Shown here: piece after piece, positions 45,560 to 55,262 of the stretch
Position numbering within the stretch: the stretch's first letter is position 1
How the letters are laid out: each line of letters opens with the position of its first letter
The notes under the pieces: model-generated
The model's database searches: none
Told to the model about the DNA's origin: nothing
The model's input: only the letters and a program-made list of their open reading frames with translations
Source of the DNA: an uncultured bacterium
Lineage (GTDB): Bacteria; Abyssobacteria; SURF-5; CBDUXP01
Length of the DNA stretch: 64,000 nucleotides
NCBI GenBank assembly: GCA_965371225.1
Contig: CBDUXP010000007.1
Location: 28,392-92,391, forward strand
Direction: 5' to 3'
Made by a program: the position numbers and the translations under genes

Positions 45560-48391
45560 ATGCCAGCCGTGGCAGCGGCCGCGCCACCCGCACCGCCCGA
45601 CCCGGTCGCGGTCCTGGTTCCAGGCGGCCCGCAAGACTTCTGGGGCTGGACCCTCGGTCCGCGTACCATGCCCGAGGGGCTGCACGCGACCGTGCGGTTC
45701 GCAGGCTGGTCCGAGACCGCCACCCGCGAAGCGTTGCTGGAGAGCATGGTGGCCGGAACCGCGGCGGATCTCGTCCTGCTGCGGCCCCAGGACGTGCCCC
45801 CCTTGGCGGACGCCGGCCTCCTGGCCGACCTGGCTGACGAACCCGCCGTGGCTCAGGTGCGCACGCACGCCGGCGCCGGAGTGGTGTCGTGCATCGCCGA
45901 CGGTGATGCCGTGTGGGGTATCGCGGCAGGGTTGACGCTGCCGCTCGTGCTCATCCGGCCGGAACACGCCACCGGCCTACCCATCCCCGACACGTGGGCG
46001 GCGTTCTTCGCTCGCCTGCCGAGCCCCGCACGGGACAACGGCGTCGCGCTGGACCCGGGCCAACTGGAACTGACCTTCGACTGGTTGCGCCGCCGCGCGC
46101 AGCTCCGGCTGGACGCGACGGGAATGGACGCGCCCGCCGCCTGGGGCGCGTGTCTGACGCTCCTGCGCCGCTTGCACTCGACGCCGAGCGCTACGCGGTT
46201 CTGGCAGAAGCGTTGGTCGCCGGCCGTGCCCACCTTTCGGCGCGGCCGCGCCGCGGTGGCCATCGCCGACACGGAGGCATTGCGGGATACGACACCCGGC
46301 ATAACCGGCACGCACGCGATGCCCCTGCCGGCCATCGGTGCGGGCGGCGACCGGTATCCCGTCGCGGTGGCCGGCGTGTGGGTGGTGCCCGCGGGGACGG
46401 ACGTGACGCGGGTTCGGCCGCTGCTCGCGTTCGTCACCAGTGCGGCATTCGCCGCGCGCCTGGCGCAGCACCACGGGTGGGCGCCCGTACGCACCGATGC
46501 CTGGGACCTGATGGGCGCGCTGCTCGAACGCATTCCCGCCTGGCAGACCGTGCAGCGGCTCTTGCAAGGAGCGGTCCGGACCGAGGCGGAAGGGCCCGGG
46601 GTAGATGCGCGACGCGTGCGCATGGCCCGAGCCGCTGGGCTCTGGCTCTCGGGCGTGCATCCCGACCCAGCCGCTGCGTGGCGGGCTGCGCAGGCCGCGG
46701 AATGGCAGGCCGCTCCGCCGCTACCCCAGCCGTTTCTGCGAATCGCGTCGGCGTCGATGAAGGCATCCACGTCGACAGAGGTGCCGAGAACCCTGGCACA
46801 AGGCGAGACGGCGCTGCTTGAACTCGCCGCCCCGCCGCCCAAGTCGCTGGCCGGCGCGGGGGAGGTCGTCGTCTACGCGCGTGTGAACGGGCGAGCAATC
46901 CCGTTGCCGGCCCAGTTGGCCTTCGTGACCGGCGAACGGGATGCTCTGCGCCCGGCCGGAGTGGGACAGACAGCCGCGCCGCCGACCGCCCGATACTTCG
47001 TCGACGTGCACGTACCGTTCGGTACACCACTAGGCCGGTACGACCTCACCCTTGCGCCGGGCGGGGACACCGGGGGATCCTCGGACGGGATGCCGATCGG
47101 ATCCGTGCGAGTGACCGCGATCCCGACCGACGAGCGAACGGTACCCGCCTTGTGCGGGTTGGGCCTGCCGGCAGGCTCTCCGTACACGGACGCGGTACGC
47201 ACCCTGCTGCTCGATCACGGTTTTACTCCTTTCCCCCTGCCGCTCGATGCGCCGCTCGTGGCCGATCCCCGGCGCGGGCCTCTCGTGTTGCGACGCTGGC
47301 ACGATCCCACGCAAGCTGAGCGTGACGCGCACGCGGCCGGGGAGGCGGGGGTGCTGGCGGACGTGCTCGAGTATTCGTACGACGAACCGACGCTCCTCCA
47401 CTTTCCGCACCTGCGACACGAAGCGGCGCGGTACCAGGCGCTGGGCGTACGGGTGCTCGCGACGCATCCGCCCGATCCGCTGTTGGCAGGGACCGCGCAG
47501 GTGTGGGGTGTGCACACGGCCCTGCGGCCGACGCACACGCCGAGCACGCCGGACGCGTGGCGCACGGTGGTCCGACGCATGGCGGATGCCCGGGCGCGGG
47601 GGGAAGACGTGTGGTGGTATACCGCGGGGGATGTCGCCCCCCTCCCCAGCCTGCAGCTCCACGCGAACCTGACGCGCCTCCGCGCCGCCTTTTTTCGGTT
47701 GCCCGCGTTGGGATTCTCGGGCGTGCTTCAGCCGGAGGCGGCGGCGTGGGGTCCCGACCCCGGCGAATTAGACCGGGGGGCGCTGGGGGTCGGCGAGGGA
47801 ATTCTGTGCTTTCCGGCACGCGATGGCTCGGCGGTGGTCCGACCCAGCGTCCGCCTGAAGGCCTTGCGCGAGGGACGGTGGACCCTCCACCTGCTCGCCC
47901 AGTTACACCGGCAGCTCGCGGCGCGGACGGCGGCACTGCCGGACGGCGCGGCGTGGACGGCATACCCGGCGGAACGGCTAGCGGCGTACGGTCGCGCGGT
48001 GGTCAGACCTGAGGCGTTAGCGCTCGGTGACGCCGTGCATCCGCTCATGCACCTCACCACGGATCCCAGGCACTTGGCGACGGTCGCGCGCGCATTGCGC
48101 CTGGAACTCGAGGGGGCATTCAGGGGACCGTGGCTGCTGGTACGCGCGGACGTGCCGGACTGGAGCGTGACGACCGCGGACCGCGTCACGCTCTCCGGCC
48201 GCGTCCCGGCCCAGGGGACGGTATCCGTCGCGGGGCGACGCGTCGTGACCACCGCGAACGGGAATTTTACCGTGACACCGATGCTGGACCTTGGCTTGAC
48301 CCTGCTCGACATCGAGGTCCGCTCGGGCGGGAAGGCGCATCGCATGACGTGGCACGTGTGGCGCGCCGCCGGCCCGTTGTCTGGCGCATAG
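45560..48391 (+). CDS. Large hypothetical protein. The N-terminal ~400 aa resemble an ABC-type extracellular solute-binding protein (family 1) without a signal peptide. The C-terminal ~550 aa are uncharacterised.
   Basis: 944 aa from the first plausible ATG after the macro-domain gene (a TTG at 45542 is also possible). The N-terminal pattern FWGW...AADLVLL...DAGLLADL...GDAVWGIA is typical of sugar-SBP folds. Confidence 0.5.
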   Translation: MPAVAAAAPPAPPDPVAVLVPGGPQDFWGWTLGPRTMPEGLHATVRFAGWSETATREALLESMVAGTAADLVLLRPQDVPPLADAGLLADLADEPAVAQVRTHAGAGVVSCIADGDAVWGIAAGLTLPLVLIRPEHATGLPIPDTWAAFFARLPSPARDNGVALDPGQLELTFDWLRRRAQLRLDATGMDAPAAWGACLTLLRRLHSTPSATRFWQKRWSPAVPTFRRGRAAVAIADTEALRDTTPGITGTHAMPLPAIGAGGDRYPVAVAGVWVVPAGTDVTRVRPLLAFVTSAAFAARLAQHHGWAPVRTDAWDLMGALLERIPAWQTVQRLLQGAVRTEAEGPGVDARRVRMARAAGLWLSGVHPDPAAAWRAAQAAEWQAAPPLPQPFLRIASASMKASTSTEVPRTLAQGETALLELAAPPPKSLAGAGEVVVYARVNGRAIPLPAQLAFVTGERDALRPAGVGQTAAPPTARYFVDVHVPFGTPLGRYDLTLAPGGDTGGSSDGMPIGSVRVTAIPTDERTVPALCGLGLPAGSPYTDAVRTLLLDHGFTPFPLPLDAPLVADPRRGPLVLRRWHDPTQAERDAHAAGEAGVLADVLEYSYDEPTLLHFPHLRHEAARYQALGVRVLATHPPDPLLAGTAQVWGVHTALRPTHTPSTPDAWRTVVRRMADARARGEDVWWYTAGDVAPLPSLQLHANLTRLRAAFFRLPALGFSGVLQPEAAAWGPDPGELDRGALGVGEGILCFPARDGSAVVRPSVRLKALREGRWTLHLLAQLHRQLAARTAALPDGAAWTAYPAERLAAYGRAVVRPEALALGDAVHPLMHLTTDPRHLATVARALRLELEGAFRGPWLLVRADVPDWSVTTADRVTLSGRVPAQGTVSVAGRRVVTTANGNFTVTPMLDLGLTLLDIEVRSGGKAHRMTWHVWRAAGPLSGA

Positions 48392-48469
48392 GCCTGTGTT
48401 ACCATGCGCCGAACGCACGTTCGGACACGTGTAACCCCCTGCCCTCGTTAGGCTAACGACAGCGCACGC

Positions 48470-49420
48470 ATGGGCCGCACCGGCTTCCTCACCCATGAGA
48501 GCTTTCTCCTGCACGACACGGGCCCCAGGCACCCGGAGCAGCCGGACCGCCTCCGGGCCATCTGGAACAAGGTCGATAACTCCCCTATTGCTAAAGACTT
48601 AGCGAGACCGGAAGTGCAGGCCGTGCCCTTCGCCGAGGCGGAGCGCTGTCATGGGCAAGGCGTAATCGACACGGCGGAGCGGGTCTTTGCGACCGAGGGC
48701 CTCGGCTACTTGGACGGGGACACCGTGGCGGGACCCGGGACCCAAGAGGCGGCGTGCCGGGCCATCGGGGCCGGGCGACTGGCGGCCGACCTGGTGGCGG
48801 CCGGTGAGCTGACGAATGCGTTTTGCGCCGTGCGGCCCCCCGGCCATCACGCAACACCCTCTCGTTCCATGGGCTTCTGCGTGTTCAACAATGTCGCTTT
48901 GCTGGCCCGCACTTTGCAGGACGACCACGGGGCGGAACGAATCCTGATCGTGGACTGGGACGTCCACCACGGGAACGGCACGCAGGACATCTTCTACGAC
49001 GATCCGGCGGTGCTGTACTTCAGCGTGCACCAGTCCCCGCACTATCCCGGCACGGGCGCCGCCACCGAAACGGGCGGTGGTCCCGGGCGCGGCGCCACCC
49101 TGAACGTACCGCTGCCCGCGGGCGCCGGCGATGCTGAATACGGCGCCATCTTCGAGAAGATTCTCGTGCCCGCCGCAGACGCGTTCTGCCCGGACTGGGT
49201 CCTGGTGTCAGCGGGGTTCGATGCCCACGCGGCCGACCCGCTCGGGGGCATGGCGCTCAGTGCCGCCGGATTCGCGGCCCTGACCGATCGGGTGACGGCG
49301 ATCGCAGCGCGCCACTGTGGCGGACGGTGCATCAGCTATCTGGAGGGGGGCTACGATCTCGAGGGGCTGGCGGACTCGGTCGCCGCCCACCTGGAACGGC
49401 TGCAGGCCGCAGCCGCGTAA
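48470..49420 (+). CDS. Histone-deacetylase-family protein (acetoin utilisation AcuC/HDAC-like amidohydrolase)
   Basis: HDAC signatures RPPGHHA, DWDVHHGNGT and YLEGGY. Confidence 0.85.
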   Translation: MGRTGFLTHESFLLHDTGPRHPEQPDRLRAIWNKVDNSPIAKDLARPEVQAVPFAEAERCHGQGVIDTAERVFATEGLGYLDGDTVAGPGTQEAACRAIGAGRLAADLVAAGELTNAFCAVRPPGHHATPSRSMGFCVFNNVALLARTLQDDHGAERILIVDWDVHHGNGTQDIFYDDPAVLYFSVHQSPHYPGTGAATETGGGPGRGATLNVPLPAGAGDAEYGAIFEKILVPAADAFCPDWVLVSAGFDAHAADPLGGMALSAAGFAALTDRVTAIAARHCGGRCISYLEGGYDLEGLADSVAAHLERLQAAAA

Positions 49421-49437
49421 CGTCTTCGGAGGCATAT

Positions 49438-50622
49438 ATGTGGCACATGATTCGACGTCCGGGGTGGATGATCTTGGTGGCCGGCCTCGCCGTGGGGTGC
49501 GGCCAGCGGGGAGAGGCGCCACCGCCCAGTCCGCCCTCCAGTCCGGAAGCCGCGGCCACGGAGATCCTTCTGGGAGTGGCGGCACCGTTCACCGGCGATG
49601 TGGCGCAGTTCGGCGTGAGCATTCGTAAGGGTGCCGACCTCATGGTGGAGGAAGTAAACGGGCGAGGCGGCATCCATGGCGCCCAGGTGAAATTGATCTA
49701 TGAGAATGACGCCGGCAACCCCCAGGAAGCGGCTATCGTAGCCCGCAAATTGGCAAGCAACAGCGCGATCACCGCCGTCATCGGCCATTTCAACAGCTCG
49801 TGCTCCCTGGCCGGGAAGCCGATCTACAAGGCTGCGGAGATTCTCCAGTTCTCCCCCGCCAGCACGAATCCGATGGTGACGAAGGGCAGCGAGTGGACGT
49901 TTCGCAACATTTATGACGACGACTTTCAGGGGTACTCCCTTGCCCATTACGTGTACGACAGGTTGCATCTGCAATCCGTCGGCGTGTTCTACGACAACGA
50001 CGACTATGGAATCGGCCTGAAGGATGCGTTCATCAGAGAGGCGAACAACCTCGGTATCGAGATCGTCGGTCTGGAGAGTTTCGAGCGCGACACGGTAGAT
50101 TTCACGCCGCAACTGGTCAAGATCGGCGGCGCGAAACCTGAGGCCATCATCATTGGGGGCCTCTATACCCAAGCGGGGCAGATCGCCGCCCAAGCCCGGC
50201 GCATGGGCCTGACGGCGCTCCTCCTGGGCGCCGACGGCCTGCACTCCATCGACCTCATCAAGATCGGCGGCGAGGCGACCGAAGGGATGCTCATCACGGT
50301 CCCCTTCCTCATGGAGCTGGGGGACGACAACACGAAGGCTTTCGTGGCGCGGTATCAGGCCAAGTACAACGAGGACCCCGATTCCTGGTCCGCCCTGTCG
50401 TACGACGCGGTGGGCACGGTGTTGACCGCCATCGAGCGGGTCGGCACGAACCGGCGGGCGGTGCGCGACGCGGTGGCGGCTATGGACTCGCCGGAGACGG
50501 GATACCAGGGGGTCACGGGCGTGTCGTACTTCGACGCGCAAGGCGACACGCGGAAGCCCGTGCACGTGGCCACGATCAGGGATGGGGCCTTCGTCCCCGC
50601 GGAGCTGCAACTGCTGGACTAG
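49438..50622 (+). CDS. livK: Branched-chain amino acid ABC transporter substrate-binding lipoprotein (LivJ/LivK family)
   Basis: Lipobox LAVGCGQ, then Leu/Ile/Val-binding-protein family similarity (ILLGVAAPFTGDVAQFG, VIGHFNSS). Confidence 0.8.
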   Translation: MWHMIRRPGWMILVAGLAVGCGQRGEAPPPSPPSSPEAAATEILLGVAAPFTGDVAQFGVSIRKGADLMVEEVNGRGGIHGAQVKLIYENDAGNPQEAAIVARKLASNSAITAVIGHFNSSCSLAGKPIYKAAEILQFSPASTNPMVTKGSEWTFRNIYDDDFQGYSLAHYVYDRLHLQSVGVFYDNDDYGIGLKDAFIREANNLGIEIVGLESFERDTVDFTPQLVKIGGAKPEAIIIGGLYTQAGQIAAQARRMGLTALLLGADGLHSIDLIKIGGEATEGMLITVPFLMELGDDNTKAFVARYQAKYNEDPDSWSALSYDAVGTVLTAIERVGTNRRAVRDAVAAMDSPETGYQGVTGVSYFDAQGDTRKPVHVATIRDGAFVPAELQLLD

Positions 50623-50644
50623 CCCCTCCCCCCCTGCGCGACCC

Positions 50645-51772
50645 ATGGAATACCTGATTCTGGGCCTCTCCATCGGAGGGGCCTATGCCTTAATCGCCGT
50701 CGGGTACACCATGGTGTACGGCATTATTCAACTGATCAACTTCGCGCACGGCGAAATTTTCATGTTCGGCGCGTTCTGCACGTTCGCGTTCATCGTGCCG
50801 ACGGCCACTCGCGAGAGCACGGCCATGGCCGGGGTCATGGGGCTCGTGTTCCTGGTGGTCGGGAATTTCGCCGCGGCCCCGCGCATTCGGTCCATGCCGC
50901 TCCGCCTCCCCCTGGTGGCGCTCGGCGCGGGGGCCTTGGCCCTGGGGTTCTACCAACTCTGCATCCACCACATCAGCTTCCATTTCGCCGTGCCCCTGGC
51001 GATGGTGTTCACGGCGTGTCTGGGCGTCGCGGTCGACCGGCTCGCCTACGCGCCCCTGCGCCACGCCCCGCGCCTGGCGCCGCTGATCACCGCCATCGGC
51101 ACCTCGCTGTTGCTGAGCAATCTGATGATGGTCATCTGGGGTGCCCGGACGCGCGCCTACCCGGAGGAGTACATTCCGGACATCCTCACCGTGCCGCTCA
51201 CGGTGCGCGGGGAATTCTTCACCGAAGAGATGCGCCACGCCATGACGTGGTCGGAATTGCTCTTGGAGCGGCACGAGATTCGCCTGTGGGGCGACCAGGT
51301 CGTCACCATTCTGAGCGCGTCCGTGTTTGTGACGTCCGTGGTGCTCATGATGCTGCTGAACCTGATCGTGCACCGGACGAAACTGGGCCGGGCCATGCGG
51401 GCGTGCGCGGAGGACAAAGCGGTGGCCGCGCTCATGGGCGTCAACGTGGACCGGACGATTGCCGCGACGTTCGCCATCGGCTCCGCCCTGGCAGCCGTGG
51501 GGGGCGCCCTGTACGCCCTGAACTACCGGAGCTTGAAGCCGACCATGGGCTTCTGGGTGGGCGTCGTCGCGTTCTCCGCGGCCGTCCTCGGTGGCATCGG
51601 GAACCTCACGGGCGCCATGCTCGGCGGCTTCATCATCGGCGTCGCCGCGGCATTCGCCACGCCGTTGGGCGTCTCCAATTGGAGTAACGGCGTCGCCTTC
51701 GCCATCATGATTCTCGTCATCATCTTCCGGCCCAGCGGACTGTTCGGCCGCGCGACGGCGAAGCGAGCCTGA
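50645..51772 (+). CDS. livH: Branched-chain amino acid ABC transporter permease (LivH)
   Basis: Starts MEYLILGLSIGGAYALIAVGYTMVYG, with 8-10 TM helices. Confidence 0.8.
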   Translation: MEYLILGLSIGGAYALIAVGYTMVYGIIQLINFAHGEIFMFGAFCTFAFIVPTATRESTAMAGVMGLVFLVVGNFAAAPRIRSMPLRLPLVALGAGALALGFYQLCIHHISFHFAVPLAMVFTACLGVAVDRLAYAPLRHAPRLAPLITAIGTSLLLSNLMMVIWGARTRAYPEEYIPDILTVPLTVRGEFFTEEMRHAMTWSELLLERHEIRLWGDQVVTILSASVFVTSVVLMMLLNLIVHRTKLGRAMRACAEDKAVAALMGVNVDRTIAATFAIGSALAAVGGALYALNYRSLKPTMGFWVGVVAFSAAVLGGIGNLTGAMLGGFIIGVAAAFATPLGVSNWSNGVAFAIMILVIIFRPSGLFGRATAKRA

Positions 51773-51773
51773 C

Positions 51774-52817
51774 ATGCTCGAGGCCGCGAAACGGTACCGG
51801 CAACGCGTCACCGCCCTCGGAGACCGATTCCTCCGCAACCATCCGTGGATGCTGCTGGCGGTGCTGGTAGTCGCGATCCTGCTGGCCCCGCGCGTGATGA
51901 GCCCGCCCGTGTTGAACATCGCCATCCTAATCGGGATGTACATGATCGCCGCGTCGGGATTGAACGTGACCGTCGGCATTACCGGGCTGCTCGACCTGGG
52001 TTATGTGGGGTTCCTAGCAATCGGCGCTTATACGACCGCGGTCGCGGCGACCACCTACGAGATCAACTACTGGATCGCCCTGGCGCTGGGCACGGCGCAC
52101 GCGGCCCTGTGGGGCGTGCTGCGCGGCGCGCCGACCCTCCGCCTCACGGGCGACTACTTCGCCATCGTGACCTTCGGTTGTGCGGAGCTCGCGTGGCTCG
52201 CCATTCGGAACCTGGACGGCCTGACTCGTGGAGCGCGGGGCTTTCCGGACATTACGCCGCCGTCGATCCTGGGGCGCGAATTTGCGATCGATCCGCCCGT
52301 CGCCTACTGGTATCTGGTCATGGGGCTGACCGTGGCCACGGTGTTCATCATCCGCCGGCTGGTGTATTCGCGGGTCGGCCGGGCCTGGATGGCGATCCGC
52401 GAAGACGAGACCGCCGCCGCCTGTCTGGGCGTGAACGTCCAGCAGTACAAGACCTATGCGTTCGCGATCAGCGCCGGCCTGGGGGGCCTCGCGGGCGGCT
52501 TCTACGCCGGCTACCTGCAAAACCTGCACCCCGACAGTTTCAAGTTCCTCGAATCCGTCTGGATTCTCTGCATGGTCGTGATCGGGGGCATGGGCAGCGT
52601 CACCGGAGCGCTGCTGGGCGCGATCATCTTTGTCACGGTTCGGGAACTGCTGCGCGACGTGCTCGGCCGGGTAAACCTGCCGGCGGAGTCGCTGTATCTG
52701 CTGTTCGGCATGGCGCTCGTATTCATGATGCGTTTCCGGCCGGAAGGGCTGATCAACACCCGCACCATGCGCGCGGAATTGCACGCCACCACGGCAGATG
52801 GCGCCCCCCGTGCGTGA
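51774..52817 (+). CDS. livM: Branched-chain amino acid ABC transporter permease (LivM)
   Basis: LivM-family permease, with a 1-nt gap from livH. Confidence 0.8.
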   Translation: MLEAAKRYRQRVTALGDRFLRNHPWMLLAVLVVAILLAPRVMSPPVLNIAILIGMYMIAASGLNVTVGITGLLDLGYVGFLAIGAYTTAVAATTYEINYWIALALGTAHAALWGVLRGAPTLRLTGDYFAIVTFGCAELAWLAIRNLDGLTRGARGFPDITPPSILGREFAIDPPVAYWYLVMGLTVATVFIIRRLVYSRVGRAWMAIREDETAAACLGVNVQQYKTYAFAISAGLGGLAGGFYAGYLQNLHPDSFKFLESVWILCMVVIGGMGSVTGALLGAIIFVTVRELLRDVLGRVNLPAESLYLLFGMALVFMMRFRPEGLINTRTMRAELHATTADGAPRA

Positions 52818-52827
52818 TCGGCTGCCC

Positions 52828-53601
52828 ATGCTCCGCGTCGAGCACCTCACCCAGCGGTTCGGGGGCGTCGTGGCGCTCAACGACGTGTCGTTCGAGGTGT
52901 ACCCGGGGGAGATCGCCAGCCTCATCGGCCCGAACGGTGCCGGGAAGACCTCCCTGTTCAACGTGGTAACCGGGTTGTACGAGCCCGCGGACGGTGCGGT
53001 GCGATTCGGCGTGGATGAACCTCAAGACCTCACGCATCTGTCCCCGAATGCCATTACGCGGCTCGGCATTGCGCGGACTTTTCAGAATCTGCGGTTGTTC
53101 AACAACCTCACGGTGCTCGATAACGTCATGATCGGCCGGCACTGCCGGCTGTACTCGCGCATGGTGGGCGCCGTGCTTCGGACCGCGTCCCAGCGCAAGG
53201 AGGAGGCCGAAGCCCGAGACGCGGCGCTCGCCCTGTTGGCTTACGCGGGCCTCGAGGAGCAGGCGCATGGCCTGGCCAATGGGCTGCCTTTTGGGGACGC
53301 GCGACGCCTGGAGATTGCGCGGGCGCTGGCGGCGGACCCGAAGCTGCTACTCCTGGACGAACCGGCCGCGGGCATGAATCCCATCGAGTCACAAGCGCTC
53401 ATGGAATTCGTGCGGGATATCCGCGGACGGGGCATCACTATTCTGCTCATCGAGCATGACATGCAGGTCGTGATGGGCATCAGCGACCGCGTGATCGTGT
53501 TCGACCACGGCGTCAACATCGCGGAGGGGAAGCCCGAGGAGATTCAGCGCCACCCCCAAGTCATCGAGGCGTATCTTGGGACGGGATCGGATCAAGCCTA
53601 G
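52828..53601 (+). CDS. livG: Branched-chain amino acid ABC transporter ATP-binding protein (LivG)
   Basis: Walker A GPNGAGKTS, signature LPFGDARRLEIARAL, Walker B LLLLDEPAAG. Confidence 0.85.
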   Translation: MLRVEHLTQRFGGVVALNDVSFEVYPGEIASLIGPNGAGKTSLFNVVTGLYEPADGAVRFGVDEPQDLTHLSPNAITRLGIARTFQNLRLFNNLTVLDNVMIGRHCRLYSRMVGAVLRTASQRKEEAEARDAALALLAYAGLEEQAHGLANGLPFGDARRLEIARALAADPKLLLLDEPAAGMNPIESQALMEFVRDIRGRGITILLIEHDMQVVMGISDRVIVFDHGVNIAEGKPEEIQRHPQVIEAYLGTGSDQA

Positions 53602-54314
53602 TGCTGGACGTGCGCGACCTGGTAGTGGCCTACGGGGCGATCGAGGCGCTGCATGGGGTGTCCTTCGGCGTGGAAGAAGGCGAGATCGTCACGCTCATCG
53701 GGGCCAACGGCGCGGGGAAGACTACGGCGTTGCACGCTATCTCCCGCCTGGTCAATGCGAAGGCCGGCGCCATCCACTTCGCTGGCCAGCCGATTCACGA
53801 AGAATTGCCGGGCCGGGTCGTCGCTTTGGGCATCAGCCAAGTGCCGGAAGGGCGACGATTGTTTCAGGAAATGACGGTGCTGGAGAATTTGCAGATGGGT
53901 GCGTACCTCCGCGCGGCGGGCCCGGAAGTCCGCGCCGATATCGACCTGTCGTTCTCGTACTTTCCGATCCTGCGGGAGCGCGCCGGCGCGCGGGCCGGCA
54001 CGCTCAGCGGCGGCGAGCAACAGATGCTCGCCATCGCCCGTGGCCTCATGGCGCGGCCGCGGCTCCTGCTCCTGGATGAACCCTCGCTCGGGTTGGCCCC
54101 GAAACTCGTGGAACAGATCTTCGGCATCATCCAGCGGATCAATGGGGACGGCACCACCATCCTCCTGGTGGAGCAGAATGCGCGTATGGCCCTGAGTATT
54201 GCGGACCGGGCATACGTGCTGGCGAGCGGCAACGTGCACATGACCGATACGGGGGCCGCCTTGCTGCGGAATGATGACGTGCGCCGTACGTACCTCGGCG
54301 AAACGAGCGGCTAG
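53601..54314 (+). CDS. livF: Branched-chain amino acid ABC transporter ATP-binding protein (LivF)
   Basis: Walker A GANGAGKTT, signature LSGGEQQMLAIARGL, Walker B LLLLDEPSLG. Confidence 0.85.
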   Translation: MLDVRDLVVAYGAIEALHGVSFGVEEGEIVTLIGANGAGKTTALHAISRLVNAKAGAIHFAGQPIHEELPGRVVALGISQVPEGRRLFQEMTVLENLQMGAYLRAAGPEVRADIDLSFSYFPILRERAGARAGTLSGGEQQMLAIARGLMARPRLLLLDEPSLGLAPKLVEQIFGIIQRINGDGTTILLVEQNARMALSIADRAYVLASGNVHMTDTGAALLRNDDVRRTYLGETSG

Positions 54315-54766
54315 GGCGTTTCGGACGAGGCGTCCCCCGCTGCCAGAAGGTGCAGCAGCGCGCCCTGTCCCCCCGCGAGGTCACCAAGGGCCGCATCGTT
54401 CAACGCCAGCCAGAAGAATTCGAACACCACCGGCGGGCCGCCGTCGGACCGGTGCCGTTCCACGTGGTGCCACTCCGCGGGAGGTTCGGCCCGAAGACCC
54501 ACGTGAAATACATGCCGTTCCTGTACCTCCGCCCGGACCGGTGACAGGTCGAACTCGGTTACACCAAGCAGGCGGGGGGCGGGAAGATCGGTCAGGCCCG
54601 TCTCTTCGTGGATCTCGCGCAGCACCGCCTGGGCAGGCGCCTCACCCGCCTCGACTGTCCCCGCAGGCACCTGCAAGCCCGCGTCAGGTATATCTCGCTG
54701 CCGGAATACCAGGAGCCGGCCCGCCCAGGTGATGTAAGCGAGCACCTTCGTGACGCGCGTGCTCAT
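54311..54766 (-). CDS. NUDIX hydrolase
   Basis: Nudix box G-x5-E-x7-REIHEETGL. The start was set at the internal ATG (MSTRVTKVLAY). Confidence 0.7.
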   Translation of the reverse strand: MSTRVTKVLAYITWAGRLLVFRQRDIPDAGLQVPAGTVEAGEAPAQAVLREIHEETGLTDLPAPRLLGVTEFDLSPVRAEVQERHVFHVGLRAEPPAEWHHVERHRSDGGPPVVFEFFWLALNDAALGDLAGGQGALLHLLAAGDASSETP

Positions 54767-54820
54767 GGTGCGTTCGCGGAACCGCCGGTCATCGCCCACC
54801 GGGGACGGCCCGCGCCCGAC

Positions 54821-55246
54821 TCAGGCTACCAGATGTTCGTACCCGTTCTCGTCCAACCACTCGCGAAACATCTTGTACACGGGCTTCGTGATGGGAATGA
54901 GCTTGAGAGCTTTGGCGATCTTGCCCTTCGTCTTGATCTGACCGCGGGCGATAGCGATGGGCACGTTGACCTTCCCCTGGAAATAGCGAATGGCGACGTC
55001 TGAATCCATCATCATTTCCACGTCCGGGTCCCAGTCCCGTTGCTTGTCGCCCCAGATCCAGTGCAGATGTTGGCCAGTCTCGACGGGGTCATCCTCCGCC
55101 GCGACCGCGTTCAGTATGAGTTTCATGTCTGGGAAAATGAACCGTTGGGGCACCCGCGCGCGTCGGAGCCGCGGTCCCATTTTGGCGTCGGTGCTCATCA
55201 GGTCCATCACGGCGTCCATGACCGTCCTGAATTCTTCTTTATCCAT
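54821..55246 (-). CDS. SCP2 (sterol-carrier-protein-2-like) domain protein
   Basis: The C-terminal ARGQIKTKGKIAKALKLIPI matches the SCP2 signature region. Confidence 0.6.
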   Translation of the reverse strand: MDKEEFRTVMDAVMDLMSTDAKMGPRLRRARVPQRFIFPDMKLILNAVAAEDDPVETGQHLHWIWGDKQRDWDPDVEMMMDSDVAIRYFQGKVNVPIAIARGQIKTKGKIAKALKLIPITKPVYKMFREWLDENGYEHLVA

Positions 55247-55262
55247 CGATCTCTCCCGCCTT

